Below are positions 16,950 through 26,478 of a DNA stretch of 32,613 nucleotides, one piece after another (within the stretch, counting starts at the first letter, position 1; each line of letters starts with the position of its first letter). The translations under genes and the position numbers were made by a program. The notes beneath the pieces are model-generated. The model searched no databases and had not been told where the DNA came from. It worked only from the letters and a program-made list of their open reading frames with translations. Location of the stretch: positions 1-32,613 of the forward strand of contig DAOWMJ010000001.1 in the NCBI GenBank assembly GCA_030643145.1, written 5' to 3'. The DNA is from Candidatus Latescibacterota bacterium (lineage in GTDB: Bacteria; Krumholzibacteriota; Krumholzibacteriia; Krumholzibacteriales; WJIX01).

Positions 16950-19079
16950 CTATTTTTGCATTCCGAGCTGCCACAAAAGGAAGCTCATTTCGTCAACGGT
17001 ATCTTCAATTGTCTTGCTAAGGGGCCGGCCCCCTGAATGTCCCGCTTTTGTATCATATAAAATCATAACCGGATTATCCGAGCTGTTGGCCATCTGCAAG
17101 AGAGCCGTCATCTTACGCGCGTGAAGAGGCGCTACCCGTGTATCCGAATCGCCTGTAATAAACAAGGTTGAAGGATACTCTGTTGCTTCCGTAATGTTAT
17201 GATAGGGTGAATATTCGTATATGTACTTAAACTGTTCGGGGTCTTCAGCGTTCCCGTACTCCGACACCCAGAATTTCCCAAGGAGAAATTTCTGATAACG
17301 AAGCATATCAAGGAGAGGATATGTACATACAACAGCTCCAAAGAGTTCCGGACGCTGCGCGAGCGCCGCGCCGACAAGCAGCCCGCCATTACTCCCCCCT
17401 CTTATCGCGAGTTTGGAAGGACAGGTATATCCATTATCAATCAACCACTGCGCCGCGCCGATAAAATCGTCAAAAACATTCTGTTTGTTTTCAAACATTC
17501 CCGCTCTATGCCATTCTTCCCCAAATTCTCCTCCGCCCCGAAGGTTCGGAACAGCGTAAACACCGCCGTATTCAGTCCAGAGAACTCCCGTTGACCTGAA
17601 TCCTGGAGTCAAATTAACATTAAACCCGCCGTATCCGGTCAGCAATGTGGGATTATTTCCGTTTAGCTCGATATCGCTGGAATGAACAAGAAACATCGGC
17701 ACACGCGTACCGTCTTTTGAATCATACCAAACCTGCTTAACTACAAGTTTGTCACTGTCAACCGGAACATCAAGTTTTGCCCAGACCTTCTTGTCTCCTT
17801 TCTTTACATCGTAGCGGTATATCGTAGTCGGCACATGGAATGAAGTAAAAACAAAGAAGGCTTCGTTTCTCTTCCATCGGCCGCGCACTCCGCTGACGGT
17901 ACCGAGAGTCGGAAAGGATATCTCGCGGACAAGTTTGCCGTCCGGCTCAAAAATCTTAACCTTTGAAACAACATTTTCCAGATAATTAACAAAGAGTTTC
18001 TTTCCAGCTATAGAAAAATCTTCTATGACAGCTTCTGTTTCCGGTATAATCTCATTCCAGTTCTCGCGGGCGGGGTTTTTGAGATCAACAGTGAGAATAC
18101 GCCCTTTTGGAGCATCCCAGTTCGTCTGCATAAAAAGCATCCCTCCGCCATACTTAGGACTAAACCTGGCATCTATATCCTTGACAAGAGTCTTGATCGA
18201 ACCATCACCCTTTAAATCCTTATAATAAATCTCTGATTTCTGTCCCGCTGACCCGTGAAATACAACAATCATCAGATAGCGCCCGTCATCCGTAATGCCC
18301 GCTCCAATACCGGCCTTGGGGCCAAAGCCCTCCCCGAAAATCTCTTTATCCTTTTCGGGATCGCCACCCATCGGATGAAAATAGACCCTGGAACCAAGAA
18401 GAATATTATGCCTTGAATAGTAAAACCCGCTGTTATCGTGCATTATTGAAATGCCGAAATACAAACCACTCGGCAATTCATCCGGGAGATCCATTTTCTT
18501 ATCCACATCGAAAATTTTAACTGTCAGCTCATCAGCTCCGCCCTTCCTTATTCCATAGGCGAGAAGTGTGCCGTCTTCAGATATATCCAGCAGATTCACA
18601 CTTGTAGAACGATCCTCGCTCATTGAATGAGGATCGATAAGCGCTTCATCCTTGCCACCGAGCCCATCTCGCATATAAATCACAAATAAGTCCTGATCAG
18701 CGGATCTCTTCGACAGAAAATATCTGCCATTTCTTTCCGTAGGAATACCAATCCTGTCTATTTTCATAAGCTCCGTAAGACGCGCTTTTAACTTATCACG
18801 TCCGGATAACGAATCGATAAATGAATGAGTATATTCATTCTGCGTTTTTATCCACTCTCTGGTCTCCGCGCTTTCCTGATCCTCGAGCCATCTGTATGGA
18901 TCAGGAATTACGACTCCATGAAGTGTGTCTACGACACTCCCCCTGTTAGTCACAGGAATTTGTTTGCCCGCCCATGTCACTGACGAAAGCAACCCCGTCA
19001 TAATAATAACTGCAGCGGCAACAAATAACACACTGACTGATTTAGAGTTTCTGATCATATTCCTGCATCTTCTCAACAT
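16950..19079 (-). CDS. Secreted prolyl oligopeptidase (S9A)
   Basis: Signal-like N-terminus, DPYRWLED, GYGGF, catalytic GGSNGG, DTRV and AGH; RBS GGAGG. Confidence 0.95.
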   Translation of the reverse strand: MLRRCRNMIRNSKSVSVLFVAAAVIIMTGLLSSVTWAGKQIPVTNRGSVVDTLHGVVIPDPYRWLEDQESAETREWIKTQNEYTHSFIDSLSGRDKLKARLTELMKIDRIGIPTERNGRYFLSKRSADQDLFVIYMRDGLGGKDEALIDPHSMSEDRSTSVNLLDISEDGTLLAYGIRKGGADELTVKIFDVDKKMDLPDELPSGLYFGISIMHDNSGFYYSRHNILLGSRVYFHPMGGDPEKDKEIFGEGFGPKAGIGAGITDDGRYLMIVVFHGSAGQKSEIYYKDLKGDGSIKTLVKDIDARFSPKYGGGMLFMQTNWDAPKGRILTVDLKNPARENWNEIIPETEAVIEDFSIAGKKLFVNYLENVVSKVKIFEPDGKLVREISFPTLGTVSGVRGRWKRNEAFFVFTSFHVPTTIYRYDVKKGDKKVWAKLDVPVDSDKLVVKQVWYDSKDGTRVPMFLVHSSDIELNGNNPTLLTGYGGFNVNLTPGFRSTGVLWTEYGGVYAVPNLRGGGEFGEEWHRAGMFENKQNVFDDFIGAAQWLIDNGYTCPSKLAIRGGSNGGLLVGAALAQRPELFGAVVCTYPLLDMLRYQKFLLGKFWVSEYGNAEDPEQFKYIYEYSPYHNITEATEYPSTLFITGDSDTRVAPLHARKMTALLQMANSSDNPVMILYDTKAGHSGGRPLSKTIEDTVDEMSFLLWQLGMQK

Positions 19080-19394
19080 ATTTTTTACCTCCTCTTGTTT
19101 CTTCTGTGATCCTTCTTTTCCAATGGCCTTTAGTAAACGCTATTTTCATGGTCGTTTCAATAGAAATTTGTCTGGTTGTGTGAAACCAGAACATTGCGTG
19201 TCAGAAAACCTAAGACAGAATCAACTCGAGGAAATCTTTTTGCCTTCCTGTAAAAAAACGGGGAAACTCCAAATGATTATTATACTTGATAAAACAGAAA
19301 CAAATGGGTAGACTCAGTAAACTTAAGATGGCGTTATTGTTAACACGCGAAATAAAAGAGAGTTATAAATTAACAATCGTGAAAGGAGTATATA

Positions 19395-20012
19395 ATGAAA
19401 AAATTGGTTTTTCTTATGGTTATTGCTCTCAGCGTATCGATGCTGACCGGGTCCCCGGCGGCTCAAGAAAAGAGTAAAAAGGCTATGCCGGATATGAACA
19501 AGTTTAAGGAAATGAAGATGAAGACTGACGAGAGCGTAGAGGTAAAAGAGATGCCCTCTTTTTTCTATTGCTCTCTTGAAATAACTGGAAGTTACGAACA
19601 ACATGAAACAGCCTTTAATACTCTTAACTCCGAAGTGAACAAACAGAAACTCAAGACTGATCCGGCCATTTTCGGTATCTATTTTGACAACCCGTCAATG
19701 ACATCCGCAGAAGAACTTCACTGGGAAGTCGCCATGGAGCTGAAAGAAAAGCAGACAGTAAAGAAGCCCCTTAAACTGAAAGAATGGAAGTTTCCTCTTG
19801 TAGCCTTGAAACATTATGAAGGCCCTTTTAACGAAGACGCTTTGGGACCCGCTTTTATGGCTATTTTTAAATGGATCGCGGTCAACGGGTACATTCCCAC
19901 AGGACCTATGATTGAGAAATACATCAGTATGCCTGAAAAAAACAAGGCCGGCGAGTTGTGCGGCAAGATCGAGATTCTAATTCCAGTTAAAAAAAATGAC
20001 AGTTCTGAATAA
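19395..20012 (+). CDS. Exported GyrI-like small-molecule-binding domain protein
   Basis: Signal peptide (…SPAAQ), GSYE, FGIYFDNP, HYEGP, WIAVNGYIPTGPMIEKY and IEILIPV; RBS AAGGAG. Confidence 0.78.
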   Translation: MKKLVFLMVIALSVSMLTGSPAAQEKSKKAMPDMNKFKEMKMKTDESVEVKEMPSFFYCSLEITGSYEQHETAFNTLNSEVNKQKLKTDPAIFGIYFDNPSMTSAEELHWEVAMELKEKQTVKKPLKLKEWKFPLVALKHYEGPFNEDALGPAFMAIFKWIAVNGYIPTGPMIEKYISMPEKNKAGELCGKIEILIPVKKNDSSE

Positions 20013-20035
20013 TTACATTGAAAGGAGTCAATGAG

Positions 20036-22132
20036 ATGAGAAAACGAGCCCTTTTACTCTTTATCGTTGCCAGTGTTATTTTTTCCTGTTCTGTGGGAAC
20101 ACAAAATCCTTTCTTCTCCGAATTTGAAACACCCTTCGGCGTTCCGCCGTTCGATAAGATACAGGAAAAACATTACATGCCCGCCTTTAAGAAAGGGATT
20201 GATCTGCATGAGCGGCAAGTCAAAAAAATAGCAACAAACAGTGAAAAACCTACATTTAAGAATACGCTTGAAGAGATGGAAGACAGCGGTCTACTGCTCA
20301 CGAATGTGAGCAATGTTTTCTTCGGTCTTAATGCGTCAAATACAAATGAGAATATGCAAAATATTGCAAAAGAAGTAGCTCCAATGCTCTCCGAGCATCA
20401 GGATAATATTCTCATGAATAAAGAACTATTCAAAAGAATAAAAGCTGTTTACAAACAGAAAGATGAGCTCGATTTGACAGCCGAACAGCAAATGCTTCTT
20501 AAAGAGTATTACAAAGAGTTTGTGCGCGGCGGAGCGGATTTAAGCCCGGAGAAAAAGGAAGAATTGCGTAATATTAATAAAGAGCTTTCCGTTCTCTCGC
20601 TCCAGTTCGGCGAAAACCTCCTGAAAGAGATCAACAGCTTTGAGCTTGTAATTAAAAAAGAAGAGAACCTTGCCGGCCTTCCGGATGGAATCGTTAAAAG
20701 CGCCGCGGAAGACGCCATTGAGCATGGATATGAAGGCAAGTGGTTATTTACTCTTAACAAACCAAGCATGCTTCCCTTCCTGCAATACTCTAAAAAGAGA
20801 GAGCTGAGAGAAAAGATATATAAAGCGTATTTAAACAAAGGCAACCACGGAGACAAACTTGACAACAAAGAGATTGTGAATAAAACAACCAATCTTCGTC
20901 TTAAAAGAGCAAACCTGCTCGGCTACAAATCTCACGCGGCCTTTGTTCTCGAAGAAAATATGGCTAAAACTCCGGCCGGAGTCTACAGGCTGCTCGATCA
21001 ATTGTGGAGACCTTCACTCAACCTCGCGAAAGAGGAAGCCGCCGCGATGCAGCAAATGATTTATGATGAAGGCGCCGATTTCAAATTGAAAAGCTGGGAC
21101 TGGTGGTACTACGCCGAAAAGGTTAAAAAAGCGAAATACGATCTCGACGAAGAAATGCTTAAGCCCTATTTTAAGCTGGAAAATGTGCGCGAGGGAGCCT
21201 TCGAAGTAGCACACAGGCTCTACGGAATAACGATTGAAGAAAAATTCGATATTCCAAAATATCACGAAGATGCCAGAGTCTTTGAAGTAAAGGAGAAAGA
21301 CGGTTCGCATATCGGCATCCTTTACACCGATTACTTCCCGAGGGAAAGTAAGAGGGGCGGCGCGTGGATGGGCGAATACAGGGAACAATGCGTCAGAAAC
21401 GGCAAGAAAATAACCCCTGTTATCGTAAATGTAGGCAATTTCTCAAAACCAAGCGCGGGAACCCCGGCGCTTTTAAGCTGGGACGACGTTATTACCCTTT
21501 TTCATGAATTCGGCCACGGACTCCATGGACTTCTGACCGACTGCCATTACAAAAGGCTTTCAGGGACTTCCGTATCGAGAGACTTTGTAGAACTGCCCTC
21601 TCAAATAATGGAGAACTGGGCAAGCGAACCGGAAGTTCTCAAAATATACGCCAGGCATTATGAAACCGGTGAGATTATACCCGATGAACTGGTAGCTAAA
21701 ATTAAGAAATCGGGCAAGTTTAACCAGGGATTCGCGCTGACTGAATATCTCGCGGCGGCGTTGCTTGATATGGACTGGCATACTATTACAATGGAAAAGG
21801 ATTTCGATGTAACCGAATTTGAGAAGAAATCGCTCGACAAAATCAATTTAATTCCCGAAATCGCGCCAAGGTACAGAAGTACTTACTTCCGTCATATCTT
21901 CTCGGGTAGTTATTCGAGCGGATATTACAGCTACATCTGGGCTGAAGTACTGGACGCCGACGCGTTTGAGGCCTTTAAGGAAACAAGTCTCTTCAACAAA
22001 AAGACCGCGCTGGCATTTAGAGAAACTATACTTGCCAGGGGTGGTACGGTAGAACCTATGACCCTATACAAACAATTCAGGGGCAGAGAGCCTGGTATCG
22101 AACCGCTACTTAAGAGAAGAGGGTTGGAATAA
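20036..22132 (+). CDS. dcp: M3-family metallopeptidase (peptidyl-dipeptidase Dcp-like), predicted lipoprotein
   Basis: Lipobox IFSC, KRGGAWM, HEFGH, DFVELPSQ and GYYSYIWAEVLDAD; ATG 20036 behind AAGGAG. Confidence 0.9.
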   Translation: MRKRALLLFIVASVIFSCSVGTQNPFFSEFETPFGVPPFDKIQEKHYMPAFKKGIDLHERQVKKIATNSEKPTFKNTLEEMEDSGLLLTNVSNVFFGLNASNTNENMQNIAKEVAPMLSEHQDNILMNKELFKRIKAVYKQKDELDLTAEQQMLLKEYYKEFVRGGADLSPEKKEELRNINKELSVLSLQFGENLLKEINSFELVIKKEENLAGLPDGIVKSAAEDAIEHGYEGKWLFTLNKPSMLPFLQYSKKRELREKIYKAYLNKGNHGDKLDNKEIVNKTTNLRLKRANLLGYKSHAAFVLEENMAKTPAGVYRLLDQLWRPSLNLAKEEAAAMQQMIYDEGADFKLKSWDWWYYAEKVKKAKYDLDEEMLKPYFKLENVREGAFEVAHRLYGITIEEKFDIPKYHEDARVFEVKEKDGSHIGILYTDYFPRESKRGGAWMGEYREQCVRNGKKITPVIVNVGNFSKPSAGTPALLSWDDVITLFHEFGHGLHGLLTDCHYKRLSGTSVSRDFVELPSQIMENWASEPEVLKIYARHYETGEIIPDELVAKIKKSGKFNQGFALTEYLAAALLDMDWHTITMEKDFDVTEFEKKSLDKINLIPEIAPRYRSTYFRHIFSGSYSSGYYSYIWAEVLDADAFEAFKETSLFNKKTALAFRETILARGGTVEPMTLYKQFRGREPGIEPLLKRRGLE

Positions 22133-22153
22133 GGATCAGGAAACGGAAGTTCT

Positions 22154-23797
22154 ATGAAAATTATTGTTGCAGGGGCATTGGAAGAATGCGTTCATGTCGC
22201 CGGTTTAATGAAATTCTTGAGGCTCGCGAAAATGACCGGTTGGAAAACGGTTTTTCTAGGACCAGCAGTCTCTTCAGATGAAATCCTTAAAACAGCGTTG
22301 CGGGAAAAGGCGGAGATGGTATGCATTTCATACAGACTCACTCCGGAAACCGGCGAAAAACTCCTGAAGGAATTTGTCGAAAAAGCCGCTGATCTCCACT
22401 CGAAGGGTGTCCGGTTCGCTTTCGGGGGCACACCCCCCATAGCGAATCGCGCGAAGGCTCTCGGGTTTTTTGAACGGATCTTTGAGGGCGGTGAATCTGA
22501 AGAATCCATACTCGCCTATCTTAAAGGAGTTCCGGATTCCAGCCCCGTTGAAAATAACTTCCCGCAGAACGCGATAGAGCGTATTCAACGGAAAACCCCA
22601 TACCCCATCATCCGTCACCATTTCGGTCTGCCAACAGTAAAAAGCACCATTGAGGGTATAAAGATGATAGCTGAGTCGGGGGTGCTTGATATCGTTTCCC
22701 TTGGGACAGACCAAGACGCCCAGGAATATTTCTTCAAACCCGACAAGCAGGATCCCAGACGAAAAGGAGCCGGTGGAGTTCCGGTTCGCAGCGCCGAAGA
22801 TTATCGCGCCCTTTACGCGGCCACCAGACGCGGCAACTTTCCAATGATGCGCACATATTCCGGCACCGATGATTTTATCAGACTCGCTGAAATGTACAAA
22901 GATGCAATCAAAATCGCCTGGGGAGCAATCCCCATATTCTGGTTTAACAAAATGGACGGACGCGGCCCCTGGGACCTGGAACCTTCCATTACAGAACATC
23001 TGAAACTTATTAGATGGTACTCGAATCATGACATTCCCGTTGAAATTAACGAACCGCATCACTGGGGACTGCGCGACGCTCCGGATGTAATATCCGTTAC
23101 TGCCGCCTATCTGTCAGCCTACATCGCGCGGGATTGCGGTGTGCAAAACTATATAGCTCAACTGATGTTCAATACTCCATCCACAATATCCGTTCCAATG
23201 GATATAGCAAAAATGCTTGCAATCCTGGAAATGATCGAACCGCTCACTCGGCCTGATTTTCATATCTGGCGTCAAACGCGAACCGGCCTCATGAGTTACC
23301 CTCTCAATCCTGAAGCCGCGAGGTCCCATCTCGCAGTTTCGATATATCAGCAAATGGCGCTACGTCCGCACATTATTCATGTAGTCGGACATACCGAGGC
23401 TCAAAGCGCCGCGGAAGCAAAAGATGTAATTGAAGCATGCACGATGGCAGAAAGAGCAATCGAGGACGCCCTCTACGGACAACCGGATATGACAAAAGAT
23501 CCTGTTATTCAAAAACGTAAAAAGGAATTGATATCTGAAAGCAAAGTGACATTGGGTGCCATTCTTTCTCTCTCTGCCCCCGGAACGAAGAATCCCCTTT
23601 CCGATCCCGAAACACTGGCAAAAGCGATAACAATAGGGATTCTGGATGCTCCACATCTAAAAAACAACCTGTTCGCGAAGGGAAAAATCGAAACTGTAAC
23701 AGATGAACGAGGAGCCTGTATTTCGGCAGACAGTACAATGAAAAAGCCAATTTCAGAAATGGACAGAATTGACAAACTGGAATACTTTACGAGGTGA
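22154..23797 (+). CDS. Cobalamin-binding-domain protein with an uncharacterised C-terminal catalytic region
   Basis: N-terminal B12-binding Rossmann-like domain (ECVHVAG, FLGPAV, ISYRL, FAFGG), followed by ~400 aa containing RHHFG, RTYSGT, NEPHHWGLR and HVVGHTEA. Confidence 0.78.
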   Translation: MKIIVAGALEECVHVAGLMKFLRLAKMTGWKTVFLGPAVSSDEILKTALREKAEMVCISYRLTPETGEKLLKEFVEKAADLHSKGVRFAFGGTPPIANRAKALGFFERIFEGGESEESILAYLKGVPDSSPVENNFPQNAIERIQRKTPYPIIRHHFGLPTVKSTIEGIKMIAESGVLDIVSLGTDQDAQEYFFKPDKQDPRRKGAGGVPVRSAEDYRALYAATRRGNFPMMRTYSGTDDFIRLAEMYKDAIKIAWGAIPIFWFNKMDGRGPWDLEPSITEHLKLIRWYSNHDIPVEINEPHHWGLRDAPDVISVTAAYLSAYIARDCGVQNYIAQLMFNTPSTISVPMDIAKMLAILEMIEPLTRPDFHIWRQTRTGLMSYPLNPEAARSHLAVSIYQQMALRPHIIHVVGHTEAQSAAEAKDVIEACTMAERAIEDALYGQPDMTKDPVIQKRKKELISESKVTLGAILSLSAPGTKNPLSDPETLAKAITIGILDAPHLKNNLFAKGKIETVTDERGACISADSTMKKPISEMDRIDKLEYFTR

Positions 23798-24912
23798 ATA
23801 GTATGAAAAAAAAGATTCGTTTCACAGTTATCGGAGCTGGACATGGCGGAAAAGCCATTGCCGCCGATCTTGCCAGGAAGAGATTCCGTGTAGCTCTTTT
23901 TAACAGGACACCATTGCGCATAGAGGAAATCAGGACCACTAAGGAAATAGAAATAGAATATGAAGACGGCACTATATTTCGAAGCCACCTCGAAACTGTC
24001 ACCTCCAATATATCAGAGGCGATTGAAGGTGCCGATATAATAATGGTTGTTATCCCCGCCTCCGGACACAAAGATGTTGCCGAGATGCTCGCCCCCCATC
24101 TTAGAAGTGGTCAAATAATCGTATTAAATCCCGGACGAACAGGAGGAGCCCTCCAGTTCCGTCAAATCCTGGATAGCGCAGTATGCAGCCCTGACGTATA
24201 TATTGCTGAAACTGAAACATTTCTGTTTATAAGCCGAAGTACCGGGCCGACCCAAGCACATATATTCCATCGTAAGAACGGAGTATATCTTGCTGCATTG
24301 CCCGCTATTCACACAAACTTAATCCTTAAAAAGATACACCCGGCATATCCTCAGTTCATTCCCGCCCGCAATGTATTCCAGACAAGTATTCAAAACCTGG
24401 GAGCAATTTTCCATCCTGCTCTTGCGCTCCTTAACGCGGGATGGATAGAACACAGTAAAGGAAATTTTCAGTTCTATATCGAAGGAACGACCCGATCTAC
24501 ATCCAGGATTATAGGAATGCTGGATAAGGAAAGAATGTCTATAGCAAAAGCCCTAAAACTGGATATATGCACCGCTAGAGAATGGTTCAAAAACGCTTAC
24601 TCCGCTGAGGGAGGCAACCTTTATGAAGCGATACAGGCAAACCCTGGTTATCAGGGGATAAAGGCTCCGCGCAACCTCCGTCACAGATACATCTTTGAAG
24701 ATGTTCCTTTCAGCCTTGTTCCGATGTCTTCCATTGGCTCATGGATGGGCGTGAAAACAGAGATGATAAACTCGATGATCCGTATCGCGTCTGTAATGCT
24801 TGAGACAGACTACTTCAAAATTGGACGAACAATTGAAACTATGGGATTAAAAGGTAAAAGCCTGAATGAAGTAGAATCGTATATTCAAAATGGGAAATTA
24901 GCAAATGTTTAG
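23794..24912 (+). CDS. NAD/NADP-dependent octopine/nopaline (opine) dehydrogenase family protein
   Basis: IGAGHGG, FNRT, LNPGRTGGAL, IFHP, FQFY and HRYIFEDVP. The GTG start overlaps the upstream stop (GTGA); alternative ATG at 23803. Confidence 0.88.
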   Translation: MNSMKKKIRFTVIGAGHGGKAIAADLARKRFRVALFNRTPLRIEEIRTTKEIEIEYEDGTIFRSHLETVTSNISEAIEGADIIMVVIPASGHKDVAEMLAPHLRSGQIIVLNPGRTGGALQFRQILDSAVCSPDVYIAETETFLFISRSTGPTQAHIFHRKNGVYLAALPAIHTNLILKKIHPAYPQFIPARNVFQTSIQNLGAIFHPALALLNAGWIEHSKGNFQFYIEGTTRSTSRIIGMLDKERMSIAKALKLDICTAREWFKNAYSAEGGNLYEAIQANPGYQGIKAPRNLRHRYIFEDVPFSLVPMSSIGSWMGVKTEMINSMIRIASVMLETDYFKIGRTIETMGLKGKSLNEVESYIQNGKLANV

Positions 24913-25010
24913 CGCTATGCTGTTCTTGTTACCCTTCGATGCAATTTCTTTTTAGCAAGCCGTGGCATGGCTGACCCGCGAACCTTATAATCCAATTTTG
25001 AATAAATCAC

Positions 25011-26201
25011 TTAGCTGATAAATGACTCATTAGAAGAGCTTCGCTCAATAACTAATGTTATTAATAGCACAATGGCCGCAATTGATAATAGAACAGCAAG
25101 GGCGGAAAAGGGAAAATCGAACCCGTATTTAGTTGCCGAGTACCCGATCAGCGCGGAAGTGGGACTGCCTATCAGAATTGTTAGGGAACGATAAAATCCC
25201 AGTTTTCCACCTCTGCCTCTTTCCTCCCAAAAATGCATAAGATAGGAATTGATCACAAGAAAGATGCTGGTCGCAAAAGACAGAAGAAAAGAAACCAGGC
25301 AAACCAGCGGAAAAGAACGAATTCGCACCAGAAAACCAGCCGCCGCGGCGGTAATAAATAGCAGTACTGTTATAATAACCTTCTTATTATATCTGTCGGA
25401 AAGAACCCCTATTACGGGTTTTAGAAAAATTCCGCTAAAAGAAAGAAGTGAGAACGCGATGCCTGCTTGAAGAGCGCTCAGCCCCTTGTTCTCTATCATA
25501 TATGTTGGGAAAAAAGAGCCAAATCCCATCCATGCAAAGACAAGTATTAAATTCACCATAAAAAAGAGTCTGGTGGTTTTCTGACGCAGCACCATAATCC
25601 CATCGACGAATCGTTCCCTTAATGAAACCTTTCCGGGGAGTCTCGTTGTCTCAACCGAGTATCTTTTGAACAACCACGCGACAACAAAACTCAAAACAGC
25701 CCACAGGAGAAAAATTCCCCTCCAGTGAAAACGCGACGCCAACAGCGGTAGAACAATCGGCATAAGTCCAGCTATCGAACCGCTGCTCGCCTGCACGCCC
25801 AGAGCTCTTCCCCTGTCTTTTTTATATATATCCGAAAGCATAGAGATACTGGCTGTCTGGAAACAACCGCTCCCAATCCCGAGAATCACAAGAAAAATGA
25901 AAAAAAGAACATAGTAAAAGGATAAAGCCAGAAAGAGGAAAGCTGTTCCAAAAGACACAAAAGCACAGAGGATAGTAACCTTTCTCCCCTTTATGTCTGA
26001 CCAGACGCCCGATGGAAACTGCATTATTCCATATGAAAACCACATACCTGTAATGGCGAAGCCGGCCAACGTGTGATCTATATTGAGACTTTCCTCAATT
26101 CTGATCAGCAGTGTTGAGATAGTCATCCTGCCGGAAAGAACTAGAAACCAACCAATCGAAGTAAAAAGAAGAGCCGCGCTTTTTCTGTTTTTTAAATTCA
26201 T
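25011..26201 (-). CDS. Major facilitator superfamily transporter
   Basis: About 12 hydrophobic segments; motif A GVWSDIKGRK and its repeat GVLSDRYNKK. Confidence 0.9.
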   Translation of the reverse strand: MNLKNRKSAALLFTSIGWFLVLSGRMTISTLLIRIEESLNIDHTLAGFAITGMWFSYGIMQFPSGVWSDIKGRKVTILCAFVSFGTAFLFLALSFYYVLFFIFLVILGIGSGCFQTASISMLSDIYKKDRGRALGVQASSGSIAGLMPIVLPLLASRFHWRGIFLLWAVLSFVVAWLFKRYSVETTRLPGKVSLRERFVDGIMVLRQKTTRLFFMVNLILVFAWMGFGSFFPTYMIENKGLSALQAGIAFSLLSFSGIFLKPVIGVLSDRYNKKVIITVLLFITAAAAGFLVRIRSFPLVCLVSFLLSFATSIFLVINSYLMHFWEERGRGGKLGFYRSLTILIGSPTSALIGYSATKYGFDFPFSALAVLLSIAAIVLLITLVIERSSSNESFIS

Positions 26202-26478
26202 AGTTCTGTAATCAACCGTTAACAAACAAAATCAAAACAGCCATATTCTATCAAGTCGTGTCAATTTTGAAAATACACGGCAACGATGACATTCGCAAAG
26301 AATAAGTTAATAAATCAATACCCAAAAAGAATTCTCACTGTATAGAATTCGAGATACGAATAAAATTTTCCTTTGCTCTCATGAATGCTTTTTTGTTATT
26401 CTAACGGCTGGTTCCCCGGCGTCTTTATTAAAGAAGACGAAATCTTTTTCTTTAGCCGCTTCAATTGGAGACAAAAAA

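Noticed and set aside
22328..23062. 244-aa antisense ORF, and the other antisense or nested ORFs in the track
   Set aside because: These overlap well-supported genes and have no recognisable motifs, so they are treated as shadow ORFs.
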